Assembly (NCBI GenBank): GCA_036172245.1
Contig: JAYWIR010000035.1
Location: 682,001 to 746,000 of the forward strand
From: Raillietiella orientalis
Taxonomy: Eukaryota
DNA length: 64,000 nt
Direction: 5' to 3'
Every line of letters starts with the position of its first letter. Position 1 is the first letter of the stretch. Made by a program: the position numbers and the translations under genes. The notes beneath the pieces are model-generated. The model did no database searches, was not told the DNA's origin, and saw only the letters and a list, made by a program, of their open reading frames with translations. Positions 41,701 through 55,609 of this stretch are shown in pieces.

Positions 41701-42566
41701 TTTGCATAAACTGCTGTTGCCAACGAAATTCTGAAGCTGCAGTAACAGTTCCGGAGTTGGTTTCGCTTTCCCATTCCGTGCTTCACCCTTAACGTTCTGC
41801 ACTCTTTGTGGTTGCAAATGGTTTTCCTCAAATGGCATGTTTTTCTTTGTCTTCGTAGCTGCGACAGATTCGAGGCCAAGCACCTAGGCGGGCAGCTTTC
41901 CCATTTACGTCCACGTCTAAAGGAAAATCCTCAAGCCCGAGCAGAAGAGAACTGCTGGTACTTGCACGAACTTCTTGCTTCCCTCTACTCATCTTGGGCA
42001 TATGGGCGAGGCATTATTTATCCAAGCTTGAAACATAATAGTTGAAATCCCGATAGAAGAATAATTGCAGGTTCATTGCAATTCTAAAAATGTGTCAACG
42101 GGTGCAGGAAAAAAAACTTTGCACGCATCCCAAGGACCTAGTTGCTTTAAAAAATAAGCATATTCCTGTATTTAGACTTGAAGATTCTTTTGTTAAATTC
42201 GAACTTTTTTTTTCCCTTAAATTTGCTATATTGTTGATCTTCAAACTAATACGGTTATGTTTTTAATTCTGGTACACAAACATGTAGCATTCAGATACGA
42301 ATGCAAATGTTGTAACTGAAATACATAATGTGCTGAGAACTGGGCATGGTTGAAATGTGATATGTGAGTCATTGTAATGAGACACATTCTCAGTGTAGTC
42401 ACTGACGTTGCCAGAAACAATAAGACCAGTGAATGAACATGACAACAGCTTTTATCAATCTCAGTTTATATAACTTAATTGCATACAACCGGAACTGAAA
42501 GGAGATTTGTTGTCTGCAGAAGAAGGTACACAATTACTTGTAGAATATTTGTTTTTAATAATTGCT

Positions 42567-43255
42567 TTAAACTTCGGGAATTAATTCACCATCTACCAAC
42601 AAAGAGTACAAAAATCCTTGATGTCTGTCACCCGAATTTAAAGATCTGAGCACTGCCTTTTTTGCACAAATATCAAAATGGTATTCTGTTCCATTTCCTA
42701 CAAATATTCCCTGAAAATTCCAATATTCTAACAACACTTTAAAATTCCACTCACATTTGTTGGCATCTCCTTTCCATCCAACCAAATATTCAAACTGCCA
42801 ATCTCTAGTACACTATAACCCAGTTACTTTAAACATGTATAACCCACCTAAAACAACAGTATGTTCACTTCCATTCACTGAAACATTCCACTGTTTCAAT
42901 GATTTCTTGCTAATTTTGAAGAAGTTCTCATATTTTAAACCATCAACAAATAAAGTATATTCAAAAGAAAAAGCACCTGCTGGTGCAATAATTATTCTAC
43001 CCTCACTGTGTCTTCCGATTTTAAAAACTTCTGCTCCCACTAGTTTGAACATCATATTTTTTCGAACTACATCCTACACAAACTAAACATTAGAGATAAT
43101 TTAAAACAAAAATAGATTCGTATTACCTTATTATCAACACGAATAATACGCTTTCCTGTGGTACTTCCATGTTCTAATTCCACAAAATGTTTTCCATCTT
43201 TTAAAGGAACTTCCCATGTAGCAACTGTATCTTTGAAAGCTTTCGTTTTCTTCAT
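42567..43255 (-). CDS. FAIM: Fas apoptotic inhibitory molecule (4 exons)
   Basis: VATWEVPLKDGKHFVELEHGSTTGKRIIRVD, MFKLVGAE, GIFVGNGTEYHF and YSLLVDGELIPE. Introns 43126-43074, 42847-42805, 42754-42711. Confidence 0.9.
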
Positions 43256-46200
43256 TTTTTTAATACCATGATGAAATTCTCGATAACTCTACAACGTAAC
43301 CGCAATTTTAATAACTGCTAAGCATAGTTTCCCTCAATTATATGAGTAAATTACTAAACCGATGATTGAACAATCAGCACACTAAAAGTACAAAAGCCAT
43401 GCACTATACGCATTCCTATTTGATTCCGTAAACTACAATTTTGGGGATACTTATTTCTCTGAATCTATTTCCATATCAAACATTGGCAGATATATAGATC
43501 AATCTTATACGATCATGGCATTTAAATACATGCTGGTACTATTAGTAACACAATGACTAATACTCTTAATTCATTTGGATTCCTAAATTTTAATTAAAAA
43601 GCACGATTACAGTAAGGTAATTACTAAAAGAAATACAAGCGGAAGTTTCGGTACAAAGAGCTGTGTACGAAAAAAACGAACTTTTGCGTAGCAATGTGCA
43701 TAAAAATAAATACAAATATATGTAAAAGATGCTAAACTTTCTGATTTGCAAGTGAAAAATTTGGTACGAATTTTAAATACATGTTTCAAGAGTTTTGCAA
43801 ACACAAGCATTAAAACCAAAATGAAATAAGTAATCATAACATGGCTCGAGCCTGCTCAATTTCTCGAGATAATATTTATTAGTTCAGGATTGTATGAAAT
43901 GGTGTTATGATATACAAACACAAAAATGTCACGCACTCTGACTTGCCGGTTGCTCTGCTTTAATCAATTTTTTGGATTCATATCAAGCAGTTTCACATAT
44001 GCATGGATTTAAAACACTTGGTCCTCAATAGCACAGATAAATCAGTCTTACATTTATCACTGCAATTACTTGAAATTTATAAATTCCAAGGCATTCTACG
44101 CTATTTACAAACAAAAACAAGCTAAAGCATGTAATTGCAATTACTTTCTTTTGAGCCACTTGCAATTAAGTACTACTCCTATATACCGTTACCAGAGGTT
44201 CAGTAAAGGTTCAAGTCTGCCAATCAACACATCCCGAGTATTGGTCTTTACCATTTGTGCGATGGCATTTTTAACCATATCAACACAATTGGAAAAATTT
44301 GCGAGTATACGGCAGTATTGCACTGAAACTCGGGAAACAGGGGTAACATACAAAAGTGTTCCCACTCAGAAAAATGAAGAAATTCTGAAAATATTCATAA
44401 AATACACTTTGATGAGAAATTTGATAATTCTTTAAAAATGCACTTTATTATATTTCTATGATTATGCTTTTTTATCCATCAATGTTTGGAAAAACAAATT
44501 TATACAAAAAAACTAATTTTTTGCAAACGGCTCTAATGAAAACCAATTACATTTTGCCTACTCAAAATATGCACAATGACAGATTGGATTCCTTGATTTA
44601 ATGATCATAAGGCTTACATTATAAAAAAAGAAATCACGAAGTCCTGCATGTATTCAATTTATATGTCTCCACATCCTCAAATACAAAAGTTGTTCCAGCT
44701 TTTAAACGAAAGTTTAATGGCTGAATTAACCATAAACTCTACATACTTTTGATTTTAATAAAGCTTCATTCAAAACACGTGCAATGTTTCTGTAAATCAC
44801 ATGAAACAGATAAAGAAACGTATTTTTTTCATTACCAAACGAAATCGGAATATGTTGAGAAAGAAGTGGAATAATGGAATAATGTTGAGAAGTCCTTCGC
44901 TGATCCATACTAACCACTTCATTTTATGAGCACTCTATGCATCTTTTGTTTATACAGCTTTTGCGATTAAAAGACCAAAGAGTTAAAGCTAAAGAAGATA
45001 ATTCCAACATATCTTTTCATACAGATCATAAATCACGATTTTAGTTTTTGCAATTGCACTTTCTCAAATAGAAGTAGTTGATTTTCTTTGTTGCTGCTTT
45101 TATTCTTCCAATGCTTTAAAAAATTAAGAATCCCTCATTTTGTTTTCAACATACTGTGTCTTGAATTATAACTCAGGTATACTATGTTTGATTTCCTTAA
45201 ACTAACAAAATTCTTTAGATAATTTTTATTTTGGTGAGAGGATTGTATTCGAATAGCAATCCTTGATTACAACTAAGCAGTATGAATAAAATATTGTATC
45301 AAACTTGTCCTAAGCATCGTTCATTCCTAATTAACATGTATGCATTAAGTGCACACTCATTTAATCACAAACTACTATACAACTCCATTGTTTCTATTAA
45401 ATTATTTATCTATTAAAAAAGATGCATGGGCACATATTATTTACCTCAACAAATTATGTGTACATGTCTCCTATGATTAATTTTTCGCTCATCGTATGGA
45501 ATTTTTAGATGTAATAAGTTACTACTCTTCGTGTTTCTCGTTGTGAGGAATCCTAAAATACAGCAAACATACGAAAGTGTTTTCTTGAAAAACTTTGTAA
45601 AAAAAAAAAAAAAAAACACGCAATTGTTTACAATGCATTACACAGCATGATCTAATATGCTTAATGTGTGCAAACATTAAACCTACTACATCAAGCAGTG
45701 TAATGGATAATAAACCGGCAAATTAATTTGCCATTTCATAATCAATGAAAGTTTATTCAGAATAAGAGGAAGTCTATAATGGAAACTAATTTTTGAAAAG
45801 ATCGAAGTAGGATTGTTTCATCAGATAGGAAGAGAATTTCTGTTTTTCGAAAGCAAAATGATTTAAAATTTTTAAGAAAATAGCAGTTTCTTGTTGGTCA
45901 CAATACGGAATCAGAGAATAAGGAAATTCAGTAACATAATATCTAAATCCATAGCCGACTCTTTGGTAGTAAGTATCATCTTCTACTGAAAATTCCACAG
46001 ATTTAATGGCAACTGGTTCGTCAAATCACTCATGCCAAATAACCATTCACTCAACTCAGAGAATAAAACTACACTTGATCGATCACGGTGTATGACATCA
46101 AAAACGCACACACACACAGCGCTTAAATTTAAAGTCCTGTCCACATTAATACCAGGGTATACTATGAATAGAATTTTATAACAAAGGTGTTCTCCAACTA

Positions 46201-49200
46201 CAAAAAGATAATCAAGTAATAATGCCATCTAAAGACCTGAATATAAGAAACTAGTTTTCATGGATTATTCATAATGCCATTCTTCAAGGATCCTCTGTCT
46301 CCAAGAGAGTAAGAAAATGAAAATGAATGTTGAACTTGAAAAAGTTATTGTTTCATTAATTTCTTATTTGTGAAATTAAATAATCCATCCCATAATTTCC
46401 TTGAGATAAACTTGGAAGTTGACATTTAGTATGCACATCTATTATTAAACATCTTGCCATTTCACATCAATTTAATATGATAAATATTGAGATGTTTTTA
46501 ATATCTCAAAATCCTAATGTTACTAAATGGAAACTCCCACAGAAAAGACATCAAATTGAACTGAAAAGTGGACCTTTTTTTAGAGATATTTCTTTCTTTC
46601 ATTTTATTCTAGATTTCTTTATTAATGCAGTTTATTATTTTTCTTAATCAGTCAGTACATTCTCGATACAGAAGAGTATGTCAGATTATGAGATGTAACC
46701 CATTTTTCAGTTTAATATGCTATTTGTACTTCTACGAGACTCGATACGGAAAAAAGAGTCTGTTTGCTTGAAATCATAGATCAGTTGCTGAAAAACTCTT
46801 CTTTGTGAACTCTGCACTTGCTGCTTGTTGTACCAAAATGACCAGGACTCTCAGTTACTTGAACAGGTCTCTTAACGGTGTGTTCAATTCTGTCATTCTC
46901 TGTCATACCAAGCATTTCCGATTTAGTTCAATTAACGTTGACAAGGCTAAAGTAATGACGAAAATATCCCTTTTCACGTGAATACTTATTCGAAAATAAA
47001 ATTATTTTCTCTCATTTACGTTTCCCTGATGATTCAGTGTGTTCTGAATAAGTCTTACGGATGCAGATGTGTTCTTATACAAGACCTGAGAGCAGCAGAA
47101 CACGATTGCAATCCGAAAATACGTTGTCCGGATTGCACAGATATGATTACAACACTTTGCAAACGTTCCCGTTGACTCCAATTTCAGTCTTCCAGCTGTT
47201 CAGTGTATTGTTTGATAAAGTTCGTACTCCAAATAATGACTGTGATCTCTGCTCAACTCGCAAAACCTTGAAGTTGTCAACGTTTTTCCGATATATTTTA
47301 TACTTTTTCTTTGGGGGATCAAGGAAAGGTTGATAGCCTTCTGAAATCTTTGACATGCGTAAAAACCTCATTAGCTTTGAATTTCATTCTTTGTTGTTAA
47401 ATTGTGGCGTTTAGATAATCGTTCGCATTAGTATTAGAGAGAAACTTTGAAAAAATATAATCATTGCTATTATGAATGCTTTTCAACTAGTGCAGACGGA
47501 TTTAAATAATTCTCCAGAAAACTACAAAAGGCTGTTTCACAGGACCCACTCAATGTAGATGATCGTTATCATATTAATTATCATGCACATACTTAAACTT
47601 ATATGTGAATCCAGAATTTTCTAATGAGCAAAACTGCAGAGTTGGAACTATAACAGTCTTCCTAATAGCTAACAATCTGTGTATTCCATGATATAAGACC
47701 TGGAATCTTCCTCATCATTTTTGACACAGAGAGATTATGCTCATGTGGCCTTTTTTATCCACTGCTTTTTTTCCAAAAATTCGAAAACTGAATAGATTAA
47801 AATTCAAAAACATATTAACTTTGAAGGTGTTGTCCATCATCTATTGAAATTCAGTATAAAGGGATATCTACACTGATCTTTGAATAGGAAGTTCGTATGA
47901 GTTCAATCTTAAGTGACTACTTTTGCAATCTAGTGCCTTTAGCATTCTCGAAGCAGATTTTGTATTTATTTTTGGAACTATTCCGATACTTTTCAAGTTG
48001 ATACCCATGTATTTATGAAAGGGAATAAATGTCATTGCCCATATCAATGCCAGTGAATGCTGGGAAAGTAAAGACAGTGGTGGAGTTGAAATTTTTTCTT
48101 AACTACGGCACACGAAATGGTGCATTCCCCACAGAAATACCTTTGGTCTCCAAATCACAGCGCGTAGTTTTGAGAACCTAAGGAGCTCTTTATTTTGAGA
48201 AAAGAAAGCATTCTTCAAAGAAATTCTTATTAACAAAGATAGCAATCGTCCAGCTAGTAACTCCCCAAACATGGCTCATAGACACACGTTCCGCCTTTTA
48301 ATGTGTTTCGGAAAGCAATGAATTTGCCTTGTTCTCCTTCTCGCCACTCCTTTTATCCCTTTTTCTACCATTTTTCAGAAAAAGGTCTTCAATCACTGTC
48401 TCGAGTCAACAAGAAGAATGTTGATTACTTGCATATTCAGATGTAGAAGCAAACCAAAAAACTGAGAATCCTAAAAACATTGTTAAAGGAGAAGTGAAAG
48501 ATGCCTGCGATGATCAATGAAAGATGACAGGGTTTTAAAAACAAGGAAGCTTATCTGAATGTCTGCCGCAGGAGGCTACAGTTATTTAAATTCACTTTTG
48601 ATTTTGTCTGTTACCTCGGTTTCTCTCACTTCATTAGCCGGTGTTTTTTTTTTTTTATAAAAAATAAACAAAAAAATCCCAGAGCAACAGGGATTGAAAG
48701 GAAAAGTGGTGATCGTGACTCTGATACGAATAATTTGTATATGAAGAAGCACATTTTATTGCAGGCCAAAACAAAAAGCACTTTATCATTATTATGGTAT
48801 TTTTCCTCCCCTCCTCCCCAATGTCTTTGATGATTCTTTAACAACCAATCACGCAGGCAATCAGCTTGACGACCTAAAAACAGTTAAAGGAAATTAATGT
48901 TAAAGACTTCTTAATGAGACTTGTGCCATTTCTCTGTCTGACCCTCGCCGCTTCTCCACACGTTTTGAAATCCTCCCTTATGAGACAGGCGGCAACGTAG
49001 GAAAGGGTTACATGGCCCTTTTCTCTTAGAGGGAAGCATTGCTTTTATTCCAACCCCAGTGCATGCTTTTGTAAATAGAAATCCTTTGGAATCTTCGGTT
49101 CTGAGTACGAATGGACGATATGTTCTTGCTCCCTCACTTATGATTTTCCTGGAATTACTCATCAGAAACGTGTTGGTAGGAAAAATTTCAACAACGAGAT

Positions 49201-50109
49201 TAAGAAGCTGAAGCAAGAAAATCAAATAAAATGCACATTTGCACTCATAACGTACATGAGTTTCGAATTCACAGTGCAATGTATCTCCTAGTTGCCAACC
49301 AAAAACACCTCGAACATTTTTCACGTTGAACATTTCAAGCATCCTCTTATCCATGGCTCCCACGTGTTGTTCAAACGGTAGCTTCACTTTCCTTCTAGTG
49401 GATTCCCTCACGCTTTGATGGTGGGATAGTATATTGAGCCAGCATGTCAGACTGTACAGATAATTTACTGATGCTCGCAAAGATTTCTGTGTATTGCAAG
49501 CCATTGCAGCAGATTCGTTCGAAGAGGAGGAGCATGCAAAAAGAGTTCATTCTTACAGAAAGCGTTTATCGTGTGATCTGCGCTCCTTAGGATGCAGATC
49601 GGTGTTTTCCGTACTTAAAGGTTTGATCAAAGGATGACCGTATCAGACAAGTTTGGCCGTTAATACCGTAAACAGAAGTGTGAAAAGCTTAAGTGTGTGC
49701 CATGTTTTTTGGGGGCCATGTTTGCTGCATATCGAACACGAAACGTCTGGAACGTTTTAAAATTTTTCCGTAATCAGAGTTAAATTTACCGCCGTTATGC
49801 AAATTCGAACATGGTTACATGCAATTATATTAATTGTGTGGATGTAAAATTCAGTCTTTTTTTATTGTCATTCGGAGTTCATGAACATGTATCAATGTAG
49901 GTCATAATTCCTAGATTTCATATACTTCAGTTTTGAGAAGAGTCTAAATATTTGCCATAGATGTAAATATATTTTCTAACAGATTGCAGCAAAAGCAACT
50001 GTTAGGGATGTAGGCACCTCTAATGCAGCAGCTCCGTAAATATGTGCTCATCAGTTAATGAGGTGTTTTGTTTTAGATGATGTAATGTATCAAACAAAAA
50101 ACAGCAATT

Positions 50110-50936
50110 ATGGGCATGTGTAATGGTGTGGAATTGCTGAGCTTTTCTTTAAGCAATGTGCAATATTGCAAAGGTGAGTAGCACTGTTAACCAGAGAATG
50201 CTGCAAATACTCCATTAGGTGACATACTAGGTAGGATATTAGCCATATACAGTCTTCTTCCTTTAGCTGTTGTCACAGGTTTTGTAACTCTTATTGTCTT
50301 CCGAAGAGATTTACATACGGTATTGAAACTTTAATCAAAATACTAAATTGTGTGTTTCAGATAGCATTTTTTGCAGGAATTTTGCTAGATCAACTGATCA
50401 ACTACTTGCTTAAAACATTCTTACAAAGCCCAAGACCTCAGGTCAGATCAGAATTGTTTGGAGAGTATGGAATGCCATCATCACATTCACAATTTGCATG
50501 GTTTTTCACTTCTTACATCACTTTATTCCTTTTGTTTAGGTAAGGCACTTTTGGTCATGTATACCATATTTGTTTTTCTCATAGACTATGTCTCAATTCT
50601 TATGCCATGTTTTGGAAATCCAGTTTGTCCACTTTTTGTGCTGTCAATGCTATAGTAATCAGCATAAGTAGGGTGTATTTGTTATACCATACACCTCTGC
50701 AGGTAATTGCAGGGAGTATACTAGGTTGTTGCACAGGAATAATGTGGTTTGGTCTTGTCCACTTGTGGTTGACACCATATTTTCCAAGCATTGTTTCCCA
50801 TCCATTTGCTGAATGGCTTCTGTTAAGGGACACTACACTGATTCCCAATGTACTTTTTTTTGAATATACACAAGCAAGACAAGAAGCTAGAACTAGAGCT
50901 CGTGGAAGAAAACTAATTTCCATGAAGTCTCAATAA
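50110..50936 (+). CDS. DOLPP1: Dolichyldiphosphatase 1 (PAP2 family, 4 coding exons)
   Basis: FRRDLHT, K..LQSPRP, YGMPSSHSQF, SRVYLLYHT and terminal RQEARTRARGRKL. Introns 50174-50218, 50320-50360, 50540-50584. Confidence 0.92.
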
Positions 50937-50951
50937 AATTTAACTTTATTC
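50932..50951. promoter_or_regulatory. Back-to-back AATAAA poly(A) signals overlapping the DOLPP1 and PSMB7 stop codons
   Basis: CAATAAAA contains the DOLPP1 TAA. TTTATT nearby is AATAAA on the minus strand and contains the PSMB7 TAA (50946-50948). Confidence 0.7.
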
Positions 50952-52127
50952 AGTTGTTTCCATCTCTTCTGAATGTACACCTTGTATGGGAAGAACCCAT
51001 TCATCTTGAACGTCTATTGGAATTACGGATGTACTTAAAACTCCTGTAGTTCCAGCAGCATAATCATACAATCCCTGTCGTTTCCCCTTTAAATTTGCTA
51101 TATTATAAGGTCGAAACATCTCAGCTCCCGACTTGGTAATTACACAAAGATCTACATTGCTTCCAGATGCCAAATCATTAAAAATTCCAGCTGCTATGGC
51201 ATCACGTACGAGTTGTTTTGCTGCCTCTAATTCTAAACCTGACTGCCAACGCGATTCTAAAACTGCCATAGCAGCTAAAGAACCTGATCCCATGGAACAG
51301 TAGGGATGGGTATCTTCAGACCCATGGGGATAAATGCAATGCAAGTGTGATCCAGTATTATCTACTCCCCCTAAAACCAGGGCACAACCAAGATAACCTT
51401 GATATCTAAACAGCATTTGCTTAAGCAGGGTAGAGGCTACCACCACAGGTACAGTGCGTCCAGACATCAAGGCATGCAATTCTAATTGAGCTGCAATAAT
51501 CTGAGTGGTTTTATCACAATCAGCAGCTGTGCCAGCACCACAGCAACTAAAACAGAATCTCATGGGAGAATTAAATCAAAACTACTTACTAAATATTTGG
51601 AGCTAACCAATGTATCTTCATACAATTTTTATCAGCAACCACATTATCTTCTGTAGCTCTGGTGTCAGCTCCCAACACCACTCCTTCATTGAATATTACC
51701 CCACAAATAGTTGTACCTGTTTTAACAGGTTTTGGTGCCTGGTATCCATTTGCAAGTAATGATGAATTTCTTAAATGAAAGGAACATAAATGTGCAAGAT
51801 CCAATCAATCACGATATGTGTTAAACGTTCAAAAACGATGTCATAAGCGAATGAATTTCACAATTTCTGTATTCATTAAAATATCAGCATTCAAGTAATT
51901 ACATTTCAGCATCGGAAGGGGTATTTCAACACGGTTTTCGAACAAGGGTTCTCAACGTGAGCTTGCACATATTAACAAATGCTTTGTTACATGCATCTTG
52001 ACTAGTATTACTTTTAATCAAATGTTAATTCATAATAATGATAAATGTTTCGTTACCTAAGTACATTCTCAAAAGAAAAGCCACTGTTATATTTCCCAGT
52101 TTTCGAATATCCGTGCAGTTCATGCAT
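50946..52127 (-). CDS. PSMB7: Proteasome subunit beta type-7 (beta2), 3 exons
   Basis: [10 protein letters not shown] propeptide, KTG|TTICGV catalytic Thr, [18 protein letters not shown]. Introns 52056-51770 and 51589-51547. Confidence 0.95.
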
Positions 52128-54464
52128 TTTAAAATAACTTGAGAATCACTTCCAGTAATATTTGTGCAAAGGAGTACCAACACCTTTTATAAGATTATAT
52201 TTTGCGACATTTCAGTTTCACTGTCATAAACATTGCAGATATAGTCTAAAAATTAATAAAAAAACAACTAAATAACCGAAAAAAGTCGTCGAATAACGAA
52301 TACTGATCGCATCAGTTTTACCTGACACATAAAATTTTTCCACACTTGCTTCGTGGCTGGCATCCATCATTACACACTGTCAAATTGCCTTCAAATGATT
52401 GTACTCTGAAAGAAAGCTTTAAGAATATGAGAAATCAAATTAATTTGACGATTTTTCTAAGTGTAATGGGCTATAGCTTATTATTAGCTATCTGATATGT
52501 TAGTCTAATAAATGTAAAGTTATAAATCCTATAAATTCCTTTATAAAGACAATATGCCAAATGTTCATAAAACAATTACAGGCAAATGAAAGGTATCTTG
52601 AAAGGTATAATGTGACAGATCTTGGACCATGAAAGACTTAATGCACTGATTAATATTTTATATCATAGCATATCATGATATTTTAAGCACATATATGTTA
52701 AACTGTCAGCAAAGCACTAATCCAGAAAAGCTTAGTGTATTTCATGACTTCGATGACCGAGGTCTCTACTGTAAAAGTCTCCGAGTTTCTTTCTCTTATG
52801 AAATAGACTCCAGAAACTTGAAAAAAATATTGCTTGAATCCGGCGCTCAAAGGAAAAAACAGGGATATTTGGTCAGATAATCACATGGAAGCTTTTGGGA
52901 GAATCTTCCAAAATATACCTTTAATTCTGTTTTCATATCTCCATCGGTTGCATATAAAATTTATCTGATTCAAAAATTCAATGAATGGCAAGACGTTTGA
53001 TATGATTTTTACTTTTCTTTTTTTTCAAGATGCTGATGATCCTGAATGCCCGACAAACTTGAACTTTCAGCCATGAAGTAACTAAAACAATAATCAGTTC
53101 TTATTTTTTTTCTGTTGGCAAGTTCCTCTTTCTCACGACTCACAAACTTATCGGCCGCACCAAACTTCTGGTCGTTACTTGATCTAGGTAAAATGTTAAT
53201 AGGAAATCAAAGTAAAAATAAAGTAGAGAGGGAGTAGCTGACTACTTAAACTCATACAGTGAACAATTATAGATGGGGCAACTTAGTACAAAAGTTCTTA
53301 TTATTTTATTTAGACATCGTATAAGACATTTACACATCTACTCTGGTGATCAAAGATGAAAAGCCTGTGACATTTTTTCTTTTTCAGTAAATCATATTCA
53401 TTCCTTTTTTAGCGTAAGTACTTGCTGGTAATAGGTGTCATGAACATCTTTTGATTTCTCAACCTAAAGACAGAGGTGATACTAATTTTCAACTGGATGG
53501 AGTCTCTCTAAATGGAGTACAGTTCAGCCAGCTTATCTGTGATTAGGTACAGGAAGATAGTACGAAAGTGAAACCCAACTTCTGTCTCCTCCGGTTATCA
53601 TTTCGTTTGATTCCTTCGTATTGTATCGCATCGATTATGAAGTCTGTGGCCAAATCCAGGAGCTGCATAGTTGATATATACACTATTCAAAACCTTTGCA
53701 AGAAGCACTCTTGGAATCTTTCAATGAGTTAAATTGCCAACAAAAAGACTGTCTCTTATTCATCCATGTTGATAATGTTTATAGTACAAAAATCCTGGAA
53801 GACATTCTGTGTATGTGTTTAAAAAAAAGTTGCAATCATTACTTATTAAGGATATTTTGTTGTTGTTTATATCTCAGGGATAATTTTGTGTAATTCCAAT
53901 CTTGGGACTCCAATCTTGAATAAACCTGTGACTGTAACGATATGTTGCAAATCAGTCACATCGTTGTTTTCCTGTCTTCGTACTGCTTTTGGCACATCAT
54001 GGTTACTAGAAGAAATGAATTCAAAATTCATTAATTAACCTCCTTAATTTCTCATGCTAATTAGGGATCAAATAAAGAGTATTTATATATATATATTTTG
54101 TACTTATTCTTGTACAAATATCCTACCCTTGTACAAATTATTCTAGGAAACTATGCCATCTGATGTTTTTTCTCATTTGAATAGCAAATCTAAATGATAG
54201 AATTTTAATGAAGAATGTATTTCCACATTTTCACAAACATGATAGAAGGTTCAAAAAATGATGCTCATGCCTAGAATACGTTGAGCAAAAGTTAAAGCAC
54301 CCATTTTAGCAAAGGTACGGTTGTATAGCAGCAGCGTGGATATACTAAGCAAACTCCTATGCCGGGAGAAGCATGCCGATCACCTAGTTTGCTCGCATTG
54401 TTGTCAATACTCTCTTTTAAAAAATGATTTGAAAAGCTGCTTGCATGGAAAATAAATTAAAGAA

Positions 54465-55540
54465 ATGAAACTACCAAAAAAGTTACCGTTGCCCGGTATT
54501 GAGTATGTTATCCTAGTTGCCTCTGGTAAGGGTGGCGTTGGGAAAAGCACCACAGCAGGTATTAAGGAGCCCTTGAAAGAAAAGTTTATAGATGTGTAGA
54601 TGAGCAGTCAATCTCGCATGTGCACTTTTGATGAATGATCGTACCAAGAAAATTGGGTTGCTAGATGCGGACGTATTCGGACCTTCAGTGCCGAAAATGA
54701 TGAACGTATCAGGAAAACCTGAATTAGATCACAGTATGTCTGACATCAAAAGCTAAGCTAGACCTTGAAACAATTTTCATTTTAGAAAAACGCATCAAAC
54801 CAGTTTTGAATTACGGCATTTCTTGGTAAGGATTGATTAGTGTCGTAACTTGAGTTTTGCAGTATGTCCATGGGACTTTTGGTTAATGAAGAAAATGCAG
54901 TTGTGTGGAGAGGATTAATGGTGATGTCAGCCATCGAAAAGCTTTTGTTTGGAGTTCATTGGGGTCCCTTGAATTATCTTATTATTGATTTACCACCAGG
55001 AACAGGTGATACTCAATTATCCATTTCACAGAGAATACCAGTGTCTGGTAATGACCATTACTAATTTGTAGGTGATAAAGTTTTTCCTTAGGTGCTGTAT
55101 TAGTCACTACGCCACAAGAAGTTGCCAAAGATGACGTTGATCGTGCTGCTAATATGTTTAGGATTGTTGGTATCAAAATTCTGGGTTTAGTGTGTAATAT
55201 GAGTTCTTTTGTTTGCACTCATTGTGGTCACACAACAGCTATTTTTGGCGATAACAAAGCTGAGTCCTTTGCTAATAAACACGGTCAGCTTTAAATTTAA
55301 TTGTAAAATCTCTAAAATAAGCAATAGGAACTATTTTACTGGGGAATTTGCCATTAGATCCACTTATTAGCAAAACCTGTGATCTTGGAATGCCTGTGGT
55401 TATAACAAATCCTTTGCATAGTGTGGTAATATAGAATTTTGCATTTGTAAATTCTTATTTTGTTTCAGAGCCAGGAGTACTTCAGTATTGCTTCCAAACT
55501 GTGTCATCACCTGACTATTCCTCTTGCTTCACTGACATAA
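54465..55540 (+). CDS. NUBPL: Mrp/NBP35-family P-loop Fe-S ATPase NUBPL/Ind1 (7 exons)
   Basis: [53 protein letters not shown] and the CTHC motif. Introns are 37-52 nt. The start codon is uncertain. Confidence 0.88.
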
Positions 55541-55609
55541 AGACTTTTGTAATTATTGTATTGATAAAACAGTTTAATTTCAGGTGTTGGCAATAGTCCT
55601 TGTTTGATT

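Noticed and set aside
32230..44650. 14-mer CGAAGTCCTGCATG occurring at 32230 and ~44637
   Set aside because: A single 14-nt match is expected by chance in 64 kb and the flanks do not align.
50030..50110. Trans-splice acceptor before the DOLPP1 ATG (and similarly before LZTR1 at ~62778)
   Set aside because: Good cis donors sit 41 and 51 nt upstream, so ordinary 5'UTR introns explain them.
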